Origin: Octopus sinensis
Lineage: Eukaryota
Length of the DNA: 64,000 bases
Assembly: GCF_006345805.1 (NCBI RefSeq)
Contig: NC_043000.1
Location: 49,662,001 to 49,726,000 of the forward strand
Direction: 5' to 3'
The notes under the pieces are model-generated. The model was given only the letters and a program-made list of their open reading frames with translations, searched no databases and was not told the DNA's origin. Each line of letters begins with the position of its first letter. Positions within the stretch are counted from its first letter, which is position 1. Both the position numbers and the translations under genes were made by a program. Of the stretch, positions 12,068 to 24,759 are shown piece after piece.

Positions 12068-12278
12068 ATTTCAACAATATTAAGGAATGGCCCTCATAGG
12101 CCATTCGACCCACTAGAAAGAGCAGCCAAACTCAAACTGCTAAATAGTTGTAATTCTGAAACCAAAGGAGAAATAAACACATTTACCCTTATCATCTTTG
12201 GACTATGCATAGTTTCGACACTTTGGTAAACCAGTGGGTCGAATGGCCTATAGGGTCATTCCTTAATATTGTTGAAAT
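12068..12278. mobile_element. MITE-like element with about 46-bp terminal inverted repeats inserted in (TA)n
   Basis: ATTTCAACAATATTAAGGAATGGCCCTCATAGGCCATTCGACCCACT (12068-12114) versus AGTGGGTCGAATGGCCTATAGGGTCATTCCTTAATATTGTTGAAAT (12233-12278); 1 substitution plus 1 indel. Confidence 0.8.
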
Positions 12279-12978
12279 CATATATATATATACATACATA
12301 TATATATATATATATATGCATATATATATATATAATTGAAGTGTACAGTAATATATATCCATTATAGCCGAGCTTAAGCTGTCTAAGAATGCATAAATCA
12401 GAAAAAAAATAAATGCCCGCACGTATTGGTCAACAGAGTAGGTGTATTAATCAAAATGGAGAGTATTATATATCCATTACAGCCAATATTAAGCTGCCTA
12501 AAAATCCATAAGTCACAAAAAAAAATTCACAAAATATATTTGTCATGGCTATATATAGATATATTCTTTTATCCTTTATTTGTTTCAGTAATTTGTCTCC
12601 GGCTATGCTGGAGCACCGCCTTTTTTTAGTCAAACAAATTGACCCAAGGACTTATTCTTTGTAAGCCTAGAGCGTATTCCAACAGACTCTTTTGCCAAAC
12701 TGCTAAGTTACGGGAACGTAAACACACCGACATTGGTTGTCAAGTGATGATAATAGGGAAAAAACCCAGACACACAACATGCACACACACACACACATAC
12801 AGATATATATATATATATACATATATATACAATGGGCTTATTTCAGTTTCTGTTCTTCTAAATACACTCACAAGGCATTGATTGGCCTGAGGCTATAGCA
12901 GAAGACATTTTTCTAAGGTGCCATGCAATGGGACTGAACCCAGAACCATGTGGTTCGTAAGGAAGTCACTCCTGCACC

Positions 12979-13014
<36 letters not shown>

Positions 13015-13336
13015 TGTATATGTGTGTGTGTGTGTATGCATATATGTAAGGAATTCAGATAAACACAAGTTTATATTATTAGTCCCTATGTATGTTTCAG
13101 CATTCAGGTTGGATGGAACCCTGCATTAGATATACAAGTGCATTTGGGTGTTTAACCACAGTAGATTAAACACCCTAAACAGCGAAAAATAGATAAGAAC
13201 TAGTAATATGAACTCATGTTTATTTTGGTTTCTCCTAAATTTACTCTATATTGCATATGTATATATATATATATATATATATATCCCTACATAATATATA
13301 TCCATATATATACATACATATATATATACATACATA

Positions 13337-13370
<34 letters not shown>

Positions 13371-13533
13371 CCATACATACATACATATATATACTTACAT
13401 ATATATATATACGTACATATATATATATATATATATATATACATAATTATATATATATATATATGTATGTTTATATATATACATGCATTTATATATATGT
13501 ATGTTCATATATATACATATTATATATACATGC

Positions 13534-13564
<31 letters not shown>

Positions 13565-13566
<2 letters not shown>

Positions 13567-13866
13567 TCATCATCATCATCATTTAACGTCTGTTTTCCAT
13601 GCTAGCATGGGTTGGACGGTTCGACTAGGGTCTGGAAGCCATGGAGGCTGCACCAGGCTCTAGTCTGATTTGGCAGTGTTTCTACAGCTGGATGCCCTTC
13701 CTAACTCCAACCACTCCGTGAGTGTAGTACGTGCCACCAGCACAGGGGCCAGAGGAGGCTGGCAAACACCACGATCGTTGGTGCTTTTTATGTGTCACTG
13801 GCACTGATGTTTTAACTACAATTTCCATTTGAGTTTTATTTTGATGTTGATATTGATGTACTTGAC
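13565..13866 (-). mobile_element. V-domain-like SINE with (ATG)n tail
   Basis: Contains CTGGATGCCCTTCCTAAC..CCAACC, which I recall as the V-SINE/DANA-type central block, and a (CAT)n end. Confidence 0.75.
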
Positions 13867-13890
13867 AATACATATGTATATATATATATG

Positions 13891-13932
<42 letters not shown>

Positions 13933-14030
13933 TGTATATTAATAGTAATGTAAGACAACAAAAAATGAATGAGACCTTGATATTATGTAAATAGAGGAAT
14001 TTATCTGTAATATATGTGACAATTATTTTG

Positions 14031-14106
14031 TTGCCATAATAAGATACCGAGTTTCGGGTGTCAACGTAGAAACCTTCCCCCGGCATCTCGTCAGTTATTG
14101 AGGCAA
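14031..14106 (-). ncRNA. Decayed type I hammerhead ribozyme motif within a repeat (about 13960-14270)
   Basis: Minus strand reads TTGCCTCAATAA-CTGACGA-GATGCCGG..TTGACACC-C-GAAA-CTCGGTA-TC-TTATTATGGCAA. Core CUGANGA, GAAA and UH are in the correct order and stem I pairs 10 of 12; stems II and III carry mismatches. Confidence 0.6.
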
Positions 14107-14566
14107 TAAAAAATGCTATGAAAATGACTGTTAAATAAAGGGAAATTACTATTTAAGTGACCGTTATTAAAACAAAAGAGCTATTAGAATAACCGTTAAA
14201 TAAGGGAGGAAAAAAACAAAGGGGAGAAACTAAAAAGTCAAGAAGTAAAAATGCTCATAGCAATCGCATATGCATGTATGTACATACACATGCATGCACA
14301 CACACCCACGTACATGTGCCTATATGCATTATGCTCACTCAGACTCGCATGAAATATATACATGTGCACCCATACATATGCCAATAAATGCACATATATA
14401 TAAGGTTATAATGGACTCAGGTTCGAGTGTGTCACATAGCTAGCTAGAGGCGATGGCCTCTTGGAGCTAATCAACAGCAGCATTCACCCTATTATATATA
14501 TATGTATATATATAATATATATATATATATGCATATATATATATGTATGTGTGTGTGTATATTATG

Positions 14567-14602
<36 letters not shown>

Positions 14603-14618
14603 CATGTGTATATATATA

Positions 14619-14660
<42 letters not shown>

Positions 14661-15280
14661 CGGGCTTCTTTCAGTTTCCGTCTACCAAATCTACTCACAA
14701 GGCTTTTGTCAGTCCAAGGATACAGTAGTACAGCCTCAACACCAGTTCTTGACTAGTTCTTTATATTATTGTCTGCAAAGTTGAGCTCAGTCAAATCTGA
14801 ATTCAAGAAACAAGGAGTTAAAAGGAACAATGTAAGGTACTTTGTCTAACTGTAACACATCTGTTGTTGAACCACCATCCCTATTTATATATATATATAT
14901 ATATATAGATATAGATATATATATTTAACAATATTAATAATTATTACTACAAAACATTGCCTTTAATTCTTTAATTAATCCCTACCTATTTACATATATA
15001 TATATGCATATATAAATACAGTTAAATTTATATATTTATATATACATATGGTGTTAGGAAGGGCATCCAGCTTCAAAAACCATTCAAAACAGACATAGAA
15101 ATTTGGTGCAGTCTCCTGTATGGCCAGCTCCTGGAAAACTGTCCAACTCATGCCAGCATTGAAGGCAATTGTTAAATAATGATTATATATATATGTGTGT
15201 GTGTGTGTGCACATGTGTATATATATATATGTATATATATATTATATATATATATATATAAATATATATATATATACAAA

Positions 15281-16383
15281 CACCATCCGATCGTGGCCAT
15301 TCGCCAGCCTCATCTGGCCCCTGTGTCGGTGGCACATAAAAACACCATCCGAAGACCCGGCAAGACTAGTCAGGCCATAACCTGTGGCCCACCTGGGACG
15401 TAGTCAGTCCACCTGTGCATACCTTCCTTCTTGTGACACTTGTGAAGACCTGTTGAGGCAAGTGAAAATCAACATCAAATAAAATCAAATCAAAACAAAT
15501 CAAAATAGATGAACATTAATGGAATTTGTATCTTTGTGGTACCAGTGCCGGTGGCACACAAGAAACCATCCGAACGTGCCCGTAGCCAGTACCGCATCGA
15601 ATGGCCTCCGTGCTGTGGGCACGTAACAAACACCATCCGATCGTGGCCGTTCGCCAGCCTCATCTGGCACCTATGTCGGTGTCACATAAAAACACCATCC
15701 GAAGACCCGGCAAGACTAGTCAGGCCATAACCCGTGGCCCTTACCTGGGACGTAGTCAGTCCACCTGTGCTTACCTTCCTTCTTGTGACACTTGTGAAGA
15801 CCTGTTGAGGCAAGTGAAAATCAAAACAAATCAAAATAGATGAACATCAATGGAATTTGTATCTTTGTGGTACCAGTGCCGGTGGCACGTGGCACACAAG
15901 AAAACCATCCGAACTGGCCGTAGCCAGTACCGCATTGACTGGCCTCCGTGCTGTGGGCACGTAACAAACACCATCCGATCGTGGCCATTTGCCAGCCTCA
16001 TCTGGCACCTGTGTCGGTGGCACATAAAAACACCATCCGAGCGTGGCCGTCTGCAGCCTCGTCTGGCACCTGTGTCGGTGGCACATAAAAAACCATCCGA
16101 GCGTGGCCGTCTGCCAGCCTCGTCTGGCACCTGTGTCGGTGGCACATAAAAAAACACCATCCGAGCGTGGCCGTTTGCCAGCCTCGTCTGGCACCTGTGT
16201 CGGTGGCACATAAAATCACCCACTACACTCTCGGAGTGGTTGGCGTTAGGAAGGGCATCCAGCTGTAGAACACTGCCAGATCTGACTGGACTGGTGCAGC
16301 TTTCGGGCTCCCCAGACCCCAGTTGAACCGTCCAACCCATGCTAGCATGGAAAGCGGACGTTAAATGATGATGATGATGATGA

Positions 16384-16385
<2 letters not shown>
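15281..16385 (+). repeat. Young CpG-rich composite repeat: two units of 350 and 338 bp, then four units of about 62 bp, then a V-domain-like SINE end with (ATG)n tail
   Basis: CACCATCCGA(T/G)CGTGGCC starts at 15281, 15631, 15969, 16031, about 16092 and 16155. GGAAGGGCATCCAGCTGTAG at about 16249 and GGACGTTAAATGATGATG at about 16357. Confidence 0.9.
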
Positions 16386-16419
<34 letters not shown>

Positions 16420-16778
16420 TTGTATATATAATATATATATTATATATACATTTGTATATATATACTTATTCATATATATATATATAATATATATATACAT
16501 CTGTAAAGATAGATAGATAGATAAAGAGAGAAAGAAAAAAAACACTCATGCACATGCACTCACACACACAAAAACACACATGCAAATGTAACACATCTAT
16601 ATATATATATAGTGAGAGTGAAAAATAAAATAGATTTTGTAAATGACAGATTTGTCTTCAAAAAAAAAATTTACATCTGCAAGAATTATTGTTTACCAAC
16701 TGAAAATTATGGTGCTCATGTGAAGAATCAACTATTTAAAAAATATTCTAAACAAGAAACAAAACTCCATAGTAAAAA

Positions 16779-16860
<82 letters not shown>

Positions 16861-16965
16861 ATATAAAACAAATATATTGTGCGATACTTTTCACAATACT
16901 AAGATAGAAATGAATCTAAATAAGAGAAAGTGAGAGGTAAACAACTTTTTGCAGTGCTTTGCTTT

Positions 16966-17004
<39 letters not shown>

Positions 17005-17601
17005 TTCTTTATTTTTATATTTTTCTGCTACATATATTATTCAGCAAAATCAAAAGAACATTGAATTAGTTTGAGATAAGCAAATCCTGGTCTGTGGTGA
17101 AAGTCTGAAACAAAGAAATGAATGTAGGAATAGAAATGCTTACTGACGTTCCATAATTGTTGCTTTTAGCCACCTAGACAAACTCCTGGTCAAACAGACC
17201 TAGGATCAAATGAGTTCCAACCATGTGCATCACATCTTTTATTTTGACATTGTGCATTTGGAACCACACTATGTAACAAGAATTTCAACTTTTTAAGATA
17301 ATAGAATGTTGTTCGAGGGAAATTTCACTGTTATCTTTAGAAGGCAAAGTAACCACATATAGTTCATTAGTTCATTGTTGTTTTTAGCCCAAGGTCAACC
17401 CTGACCAAGATTTCAGACATTAGTTTACGTACCACAAAACTTATAATTTTGAAAATCATACAAAAACCAGAAAAGAGAGTATTAATATTAATAAATCTCA
17501 TATACTCTATTTGATACATACATATACACACACACACACGTCTGTGTGTGTGTGTGTTCACAATTAGCAGCTGGTGTTGCTATGAATGTGAATAAAAATT
17601 C

Positions 17602-17725
17602 AAATTTGAGGAATGGAGCAGGCAAAATCCAAGCTACATGTATTTCCTAGCTAGCAGAACCTCAGGGGTTCTGCTAGCTGGGAAACATATGCAGCCTGGA
17701 TTTTACCTGCTCCTTTCCTAAATTT
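17602..17725. repeat. Near-perfect 124-bp palindrome (arms about 60 bp, 3-5 nt loop)
   Basis: Left arm 17602-17661 is the reverse complement of right arm 17667-17725 with 7 substitutions and 1 indel. Confidence 0.95.
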
Positions 17726-18344
17726 GGTTATATACATATCGATTTAGTGTGAACTGATGAGAAAAGAGTACTCATCAATACCATGGTAGAGATTGATAAT
17801 ACATTTCATTTTGGTTGAGTCAGTCTCATGCACCAGTTAGTGAAATTCAGACTAGCAAGAGACTAACTTGACCGAAATATCATTCGCACAAACATCCACA
17901 TGCAAACACATGCACACACACACACGTTCGTATATTGTAAGTGATGGAATGCATTATCAGAGTACAACAATGATGGAGAATATTTATAAACAATGAATAA
18001 ATGAACAAATCTATAGATTCTATAAAATTAGACCAAATTAAATATTGATGCAGAATATGCTTTAATTTATGTATTTGCTTTCTATAACATCTGACAACCT
18101 GTCGCATACTCTTTGGCTTCATACTAAACTTCTTTCAGAATGATGAATGATGAATGCTAGAAGCTGAGACTTTAATGAGATGAAGCTCGCAGTTAGGTTT
18201 CAACTGCCAGTCTTAGCTATTTAATTTGACAAACCTCAACACAGTGACTAAGCTTGCTAGAAATTACATCCAAAGCCAAATCTTTATGAAATCATACACA
18301 ACTGTCTTAAAATGAATTTATATATGTATATATATATATATATA

Positions 18345-18860
18345 TATATAATGGGACAAGAACGCAAAACATCTGGACAACAAGGTGATACAAAAAGGGA
18401 CAACAAAACATCTAGATAGACAATATAAAAAAAAACAAGGACGGGTCATTCGAAGCCTTTTATCTTCAGTCAAAAGCCGGATCATCCTCACAATTTCGGT
18501 TGATTAATCTTGAGATTGCTCCAATCTGGCCAGCCCCAAGGAGAAACTAAGCTAATAGAATTAGATTCCTTGGAAAAAAGCATCAAATGTATGCGAAAAC
18601 AAGGACGGAAAAACAGACAATGTTTCACGAATATAAATAAAGAAACACAATAAAAACAACAATAATAATAATAATAATAACAGGACATAACAACAGGCAT
18701 CTTTCGACTGGGGACGAATTGAATTCAGCTGGCGTGTGTGGAAATGAAGCCTTACGGCAGAGGGAAGAATATCGATGCGGCAGTGACCATGGTCAGACGC
18801 AAAAGGGCTAGCAGTTGGCCAATGTGTTACATGGGAAGAGAAGAGAGAGAAAAAGATGAA
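18345..18860. repeat. Unclassified CpG-retaining interspersed repeat (possibly Penelope-associated)
   Basis: Non-microsatellite CpG-rich block bounded by (TA)n and a GA-rich tract. The class is recollection only and no protein motif was confirmed. Confidence 0.3.
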
Positions 18861-19149
18861 CAAAAGAATTAAGAAGTGGGAGAAGAGAGAGAGCAAGAGA
18901 GAGTGTGTAGAAGTAGATAGACGGAAGAATCAAGGAATGGCGAGAAAAAAAGAGAGACAGGACATAGTGAAGTGTACAACTTTTTCAACCTTTTTCACAC
19001 TTTGTTCTTGCTTTCTCTCCCCCACTCTCTCACATTTCTTTGCCTTTCTTACTTTGCATTTCACTATGTCCCTGTCTCTTTTTTTTTCCTGCCACTCCTT
19101 GATTCTTCCATCTATATACTTTTACACACTCTCTTTCGTTCCCTCCAAA

Positions 19150-19565
19150 GCATTGGTCTAGGTTTGTGAGAACTTCCTTTATTTTTGTAGGACATTCCTC
19201 AAACTTGCCATCGTAGTTTGAGGCATCAGGTGGGTGGTATAATATGCATATTACCACATCAAGTTGCTTTAGATGTACTATGAGTGTGTCGCAGAATGGA
19301 TTGAATGCAACAGCAGTGGCAATGCTGTAACATCTTCACGGATGTACATCACAACTCCACCGTGACTACTCACTTGTCTGTCAGTGTGGAACACAGTATA
19401 CATTGGTACGTGTATCTCTGCATCATGTATGTCTGCAGATAGATAAGTCTCTGTGAGTACAATGCATATAGCTTGAATGCATGCAGACAGTTCCCCCAGG
19501 TATGCAATTTTGCTCTTGCTGTTGTTTTACAAGAGGCTTCTGATGTTCATCAGTAGAATTGGTGT
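19150..19565 (-). pseudogene. APE endonuclease fragment of a CR1/L2-group LINE
   Basis: Minus translation PILLMNIRSL*NNSKSKIAYLGELS..IVLTETYLSADIHDAEIHVPMYTVFHTDRQVSSHGGVVMYIRED..VICILYHPPD carries the NIRSL, TET, DR..GGV and YRPP-like endonuclease motifs, with stops. Confidence 0.88.
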
Positions 19566-21199
19566 GATGGACGTCTGCCTACCAAATCCACTGACAAGGC
19601 TTTCATTAACCTGAGGCTATAGTAGAAGACACTTACCTAAGGTGCCATGCTGTGGGACTGAACTCAGTACCATGTGATTGGGAAGCAAGCTTCTTACCAC
19701 ACAGCCACGCTTGTATGTATGTATGTAACAACATAATTTATCATTTACGCTGAGATACACTTTAGTGTATAAGATGAGATAGGCAAGACTGGAGTGCATT
19801 TGAAAATAATACTGTGCAATCAGTTGACCACAGGTTAAACAACTACACTCTTAGCTATGAGCATCAAAACTCACATTAACCTCCCTGTTAATCTCTGTCT
19901 CCTTTTAATGAGGATACATTAAGATACAGTTTTAGATATATACACACACACATATGTATATGTCTATGTGTGTGTGTGTATATGTTTGCTTAGATACAAC
20001 ATTTTATCTCTTGTGTAGTACGTGAAGCCTCACAAGTGTTTTGTGCAAATGTTATATATAACAAGATGTATCTCTATAAATTATATCTAAGAACCAGTTT
20101 TCATTATCTGTTATAGCTATTTTACTTCCTTAGTTGCTACTAATGCTCATTAGGAAAGACAAAGCTCTACTGATAATGTCTGATAGGACTAAAATCTATC
20201 CAGAGTTGATACTGCACTTCAAAAATATGATTCATTCTTCACAGCATTCTGTTTTTAATAAGCTTAAATTCTGTTGTTGTATCCTTTGTTTTTGTCAACC
20301 AGAGTTCATCATGATGAAAATTATTAGTTCTTCTCATGGGATGTGAAATTTTAGTAAATTAAAAAACCATATTAGCTCACCATATGTAGAGATTACAACG
20401 TTCGTTTGCTTCACTAGAATTTTTGGGATTTCTACCTATCTCATAAAATTAAAGGCTTGATTATAAATCTAAATGTTTCAAAATAAGCTTGTCCTTAATA
20501 ATAGTATAACCCTGTGATGGACTTATGTATTTTTTACTGAGGGGAGTTGTAATCATTGCCACTTAGACCCCATAGAAACTGGGTTAAGTTCTGGCTTTAT
20601 GGTTCCTGAGGATCATGACAGACTAGATAATATAATTTTTTTAACTCTCATCTTTCGAGGTAAAAAAACCCAACAATTTTTTTTAATATTTACATTGACA
20701 CCACATTTCCATCCATTTGATCATGGATTATTATCAGGTCATTTATTCCTAGATGTGTACATTGTCCCAGACTGGATTCTAACTAGGAGCCTACAGAACT
20801 GTTACTTCAAGACCCAAGGCAATAATATTTGTATCAACTGATGCATACATCAGAAATCTGGTGGGTAAAATGTTATTTGCCTTAGTTTAAATTTTCCTAG
20901 TTCAAGCCCAGTTTAGTGCCATATAAGCATTCAAGAATAGGATATTTGATGGTGAGTGACTGGCAAATCAATTGATGTAGATATGATAGAGGTTTAAATA
21001 TTCTATATAATTAATTTAAACATCTGTATAATGCTTGAAAGTCATGCCAGACTTTAAAAAAAGCATCTAATACCCAACTAATAAAGTTTAATAAAATGTA
21101 ACAAAACAAACATTAAGAAAATGTTTAAATGTATATTCTGTGAAATCACTTTAGTTGGTTCTAAGAATAGTTATTAATGGTTGGTAAATCCTTGAAAAT

Positions 21200-22560
21200 G
21201 AATTATATCTTTAACATTGGTAATCTTTTGAAAACTGATTTTAATATTTTATCTCTTTCAATCTGATTATTTTTGCATTGAGATATAGATAATGCCATAA
21301 AATTTATGAATAGTCTCCACAAGAACATAAAGGTGATTCCATATGACCTGTTCGTGATAGTATATAATTTAGAGGAATATGACCCGTATGTAGCCAACAA
21401 TAATCTTTGTATATTTCTATTGTTCACTAACTGATAAGTTTTATAAGATGATAAATCAGGTTGAGACAGAGGAGGATTAAATTTTGATAGTTTATCTATT
21501 GATTCTTCTCAGTATTTTTTACTACCCATGACTGAATATGTTTTAGCAAATGATATTGGGTGAGATAGATATGGAATACGATCTATGTAAATAATTTTCG
21601 TACCCCCTTTCAAATTCATCTACTTTTGTTTTTGCCATAACATCTATATGATTAGGTCCCCAAATTATCGTTATTGCTTATTAATTTTAAATAAATAATG
21701 GTTTATTTTAAACAGCATGTTTTCAGTATCTTTGACTCTCATTTGCAGCAATTTCATTTCATTATTTACGCTGCTTATAACTTTGGAATGAACAAAGCAT
21801 TAATACTACAATTCTCATTCATTTCGTTTTTGGATTTGGTTTGCAAAATTCTTTATATGAGTTCGTGTGTTGAAGCATATTCTGTTGTGTCTGGGGAGAA
21901 TCATTTTCTTTTTTGTGCCTTATGATGTAACACACTCACCGGTAAATTTCCACTTATTTCTTATTTTTATTTTCCTAAAATTTTCGTTGCATCTTGCAAC
22001 CTTTTCAATAGTCTTGACTCATTCATTTATCCTCAACAAAAAATTCATTTTTATGTCTACCTTTAGCAGGCCACTGGAAATTCCTTAAGAATATCTTTCC
22101 ATATCACTTGTTGAGTCATGATGAGACTCATAAAGAAATGGATATTTTAAACTTAATCTTCTATGAAGGACAAAGAATCAAATGACTGGTGGTGCTCAAG
22201 TCTAAGTCGTTCTTTGGACAGTAGGTAATTCTGTTGCATATGAAACAACTGAACTCCTTACAGCAAGCCAACAGATTACTCATCATAGCAGCTGTGCTTT
22301 TACAGCAATAAACTAGAAGTGAATGTCTATTCAAGCTGCTAGAAATAGCAACCAAAGCTTCTTCAAATTATGCCCTATTGTCTTAATCCTTTCATTACCA
22401 TGTTTCTCTTGAAATGCACTGCTTTTGTTTCAATTAATTTTTAACCAATGAAAATTTAGTAAAATAGCTTTATCATTATTAAGCTTCTGTTTTGGATATA
22501 AGTTAACATAAAATTTTGATGGATGATGTTGATTTAGATCATTTCAAAACAGAAAGTTGT
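21200..22560 (-). pseudogene. Highly decayed I-clade (RNase H-bearing) LINE ORF2 3' part; probably continues at about 23150-23500
   Basis: WLHTGHIPLNYILSRTGHMESPLCSCG (about 21315-21395; the RLRTGH..LN..CxCG zinc-knuckle region) and ITIIWGPNHIDVMAKTKVDEF (about 21610-21672; RNase H C-terminal WxPxH..GNExAD region). Confidence 0.7.
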
Positions 22561-22764
22561 CTCACAGAACAAGGAGTGGTCTCAGGCGGATTGGCAGCAG
22601 GATCATGGCTGGAATGTTTTTAATGTGTCTGCTTGATCTGGGCAACAACAACTATAAAAACAACAATACATTTTGAATAAATTGGTCTGAATTACTGAAA
22701 GAATTGAATGCTTTTATCACAAAACATTGTAAATCTGACAGCCAATACTGAGCCAAAAACGTTT

Positions 22765-22921
22765 TAGCAGCATTATAAGCCCGTGGGCAAATCAGTGCAT
22801 GGGGCCCTATAGTAGTTATTAACTGACAACAGACCACAGTATACACAGATTAGAATTGGGACCCCTAAACCCATAAGGCCCTGGGCAACCACCTTGGGAT
22901 CTCATGCCTTAAGACAGCACT
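22765..22921. mobile_element. Decayed hAT-type MITE
   Basis: Ends in TTAAGACAGCACTG with subterminal GGGCCC/GGGCAACC motifs typical of hAT-Tip100-like MITEs; the left end is degenerate. Confidence 0.45.
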
Positions 22922-22952
22922 GTTCTGAGTTGTTCAGTAGTATCTCTAAGTT

Positions 22953-23143
22953 TTAAAGATATCCCGAAAGGCCTGGTTGGAGGCTCAACCTTTCGAGTCC
23001 TTTTAGAAGGCTTAGAAAAACTAAAGGACTGCTGCAATAAGTGTGTGAATCTGAAAGAGAAATTCGTTGGATAAAATCATAATTAACTGAGCCTCCTGTA
23101 TTTTCTTTTACCCAAAGCCAGGAACTTTTCAGCACCCTTCCTC
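22953..23143 (+). mobile_element. Mariner-derived MITE fragment with one TIR (AAGCCAGGAACTTTTCAGCACCC)
   Basis: Internal DCCNKCVNLKEKFVG* resembles the mariner C-terminus (RWxKCVxxxGxYVE*), followed by a TIR-like end. Confidence 0.65.
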
Positions 23144-23614
23144 CCACCCATATACAACCTCCTTAAGTTTATTAATCTTGATTCCTTTCTTGTCTACACA
23201 TGCTCTACCAGCTAATAACTCCATCTAACTAGACTAGAAAGGGTTATTGAGATGAAATTTATTCCAATTACCATCAAATCTACTTTTGGTTTAAAACTGT
23301 GGAGACACATTTTCTGAGTGCCATCATCTTTTATGTTGCAAGAAATTGAAAACAAAAATCCAATGAAAAAAGTTAAGCATACTTGACAAGTTATAATAAT
23401 AGCTGATGTTTTGATCAGTAAGTTATATATGATATTGAAATATATCAATAAGTCTTCAGACAACATTTCATATAGAATAACATTTTTGTTTGTTTCATAT
23501 TTTTTTCACACTTATCTTTTCATATCTGCCAGTCATAACCCTAACAATTAACTTTGTCTTCAGAATTTGAAAGAAACAAATCATATATTTATATGATGTG
23601 TATATTATGAGTGC

Positions 23615-23870
<256 letters not shown>

Positions 23871-24019
23871 TTGTATATGCACATACATACAGATATGTAT
23901 ATTCATACGTAACACTTGTATATGTGCATATACATATACATCCATATACTTATATATGTATACTTGTGTGTGTATAGATCTATTTTTCACATTTATACAT
24001 GAATAAATGCATGTGTGTG

Positions 24020-24050
<31 letters not shown>

Positions 24051-24546
24051 GTGCATGTACGTGTTTGTGTGCACTCTTGTCATCATGTGATGTTTGTGAA
24101 CAAGCATCACCATCATACATGTGATGCTGATCATTAACAGTCTTCTATCAAAAACGTGGGAGGGGGTGAAATATTACCTTACTCTTGGAAGCAGGCAAGG
24201 GTTGGTGACAGGAGAGGTATCTAGTTGTAGAAAAATAATCTACCTCAACGAAATTCTGCTTGTTCCATGCAAGCATGGAAATGTGGGACATTAGAGAATG
24301 ATAATGATGAGTGTTTGTATGTGTGTGTGTGTGTGTGTATACACATGCCCAGTGCCACATAAAAGCACCCAATACACTCTGTAAAGTGGTTGGTGTTAGG
24401 AAAGGCAATCCAGCCATAGAAACTGTGCCAAAACAGACATGGAACCAAGGCAGCTCTCCAGATGGCCAGCTCCTGTCAAACCACCCAACCCACGTCAGCA
24501 TGGACAATATGGACATTAAATGATGATGATGTTGATGATCGACATA

Positions 24547-24591
<45 letters not shown>

Positions 24592-24759
24592 ATATATAGC
24601 ACACACAAACACATATGTGTGTGTATACATATATGACAAATCAATGCAAGATAGAACACATTGTATATCTTTACATGAGCAACAATAATTGGTAGAGAGA
24701 TTTGAGTAAATTTCACACTATAGGCATGGTTGTGCAGTCAACTATATAGTTTGAAGTTT

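Noticed and set aside
15969-16215. CRISPR-like regular repeats
   Set aside because: Units are contiguous near-identical tandem copies with no unique spacers; the context is eukaryotic and there are no cas genes.
18440-18490. Hammerhead-like CTGAAGA..CGAA..GTC on the minus strand
   Set aside because: It has GAAU instead of GAAA, and neither stem I nor stem II pairs.
22953-23147. RT GVPQG-like region in ORF 22953-23147
   Set aside because: The segment is better explained as the opposite strand of a mariner-derived MITE.
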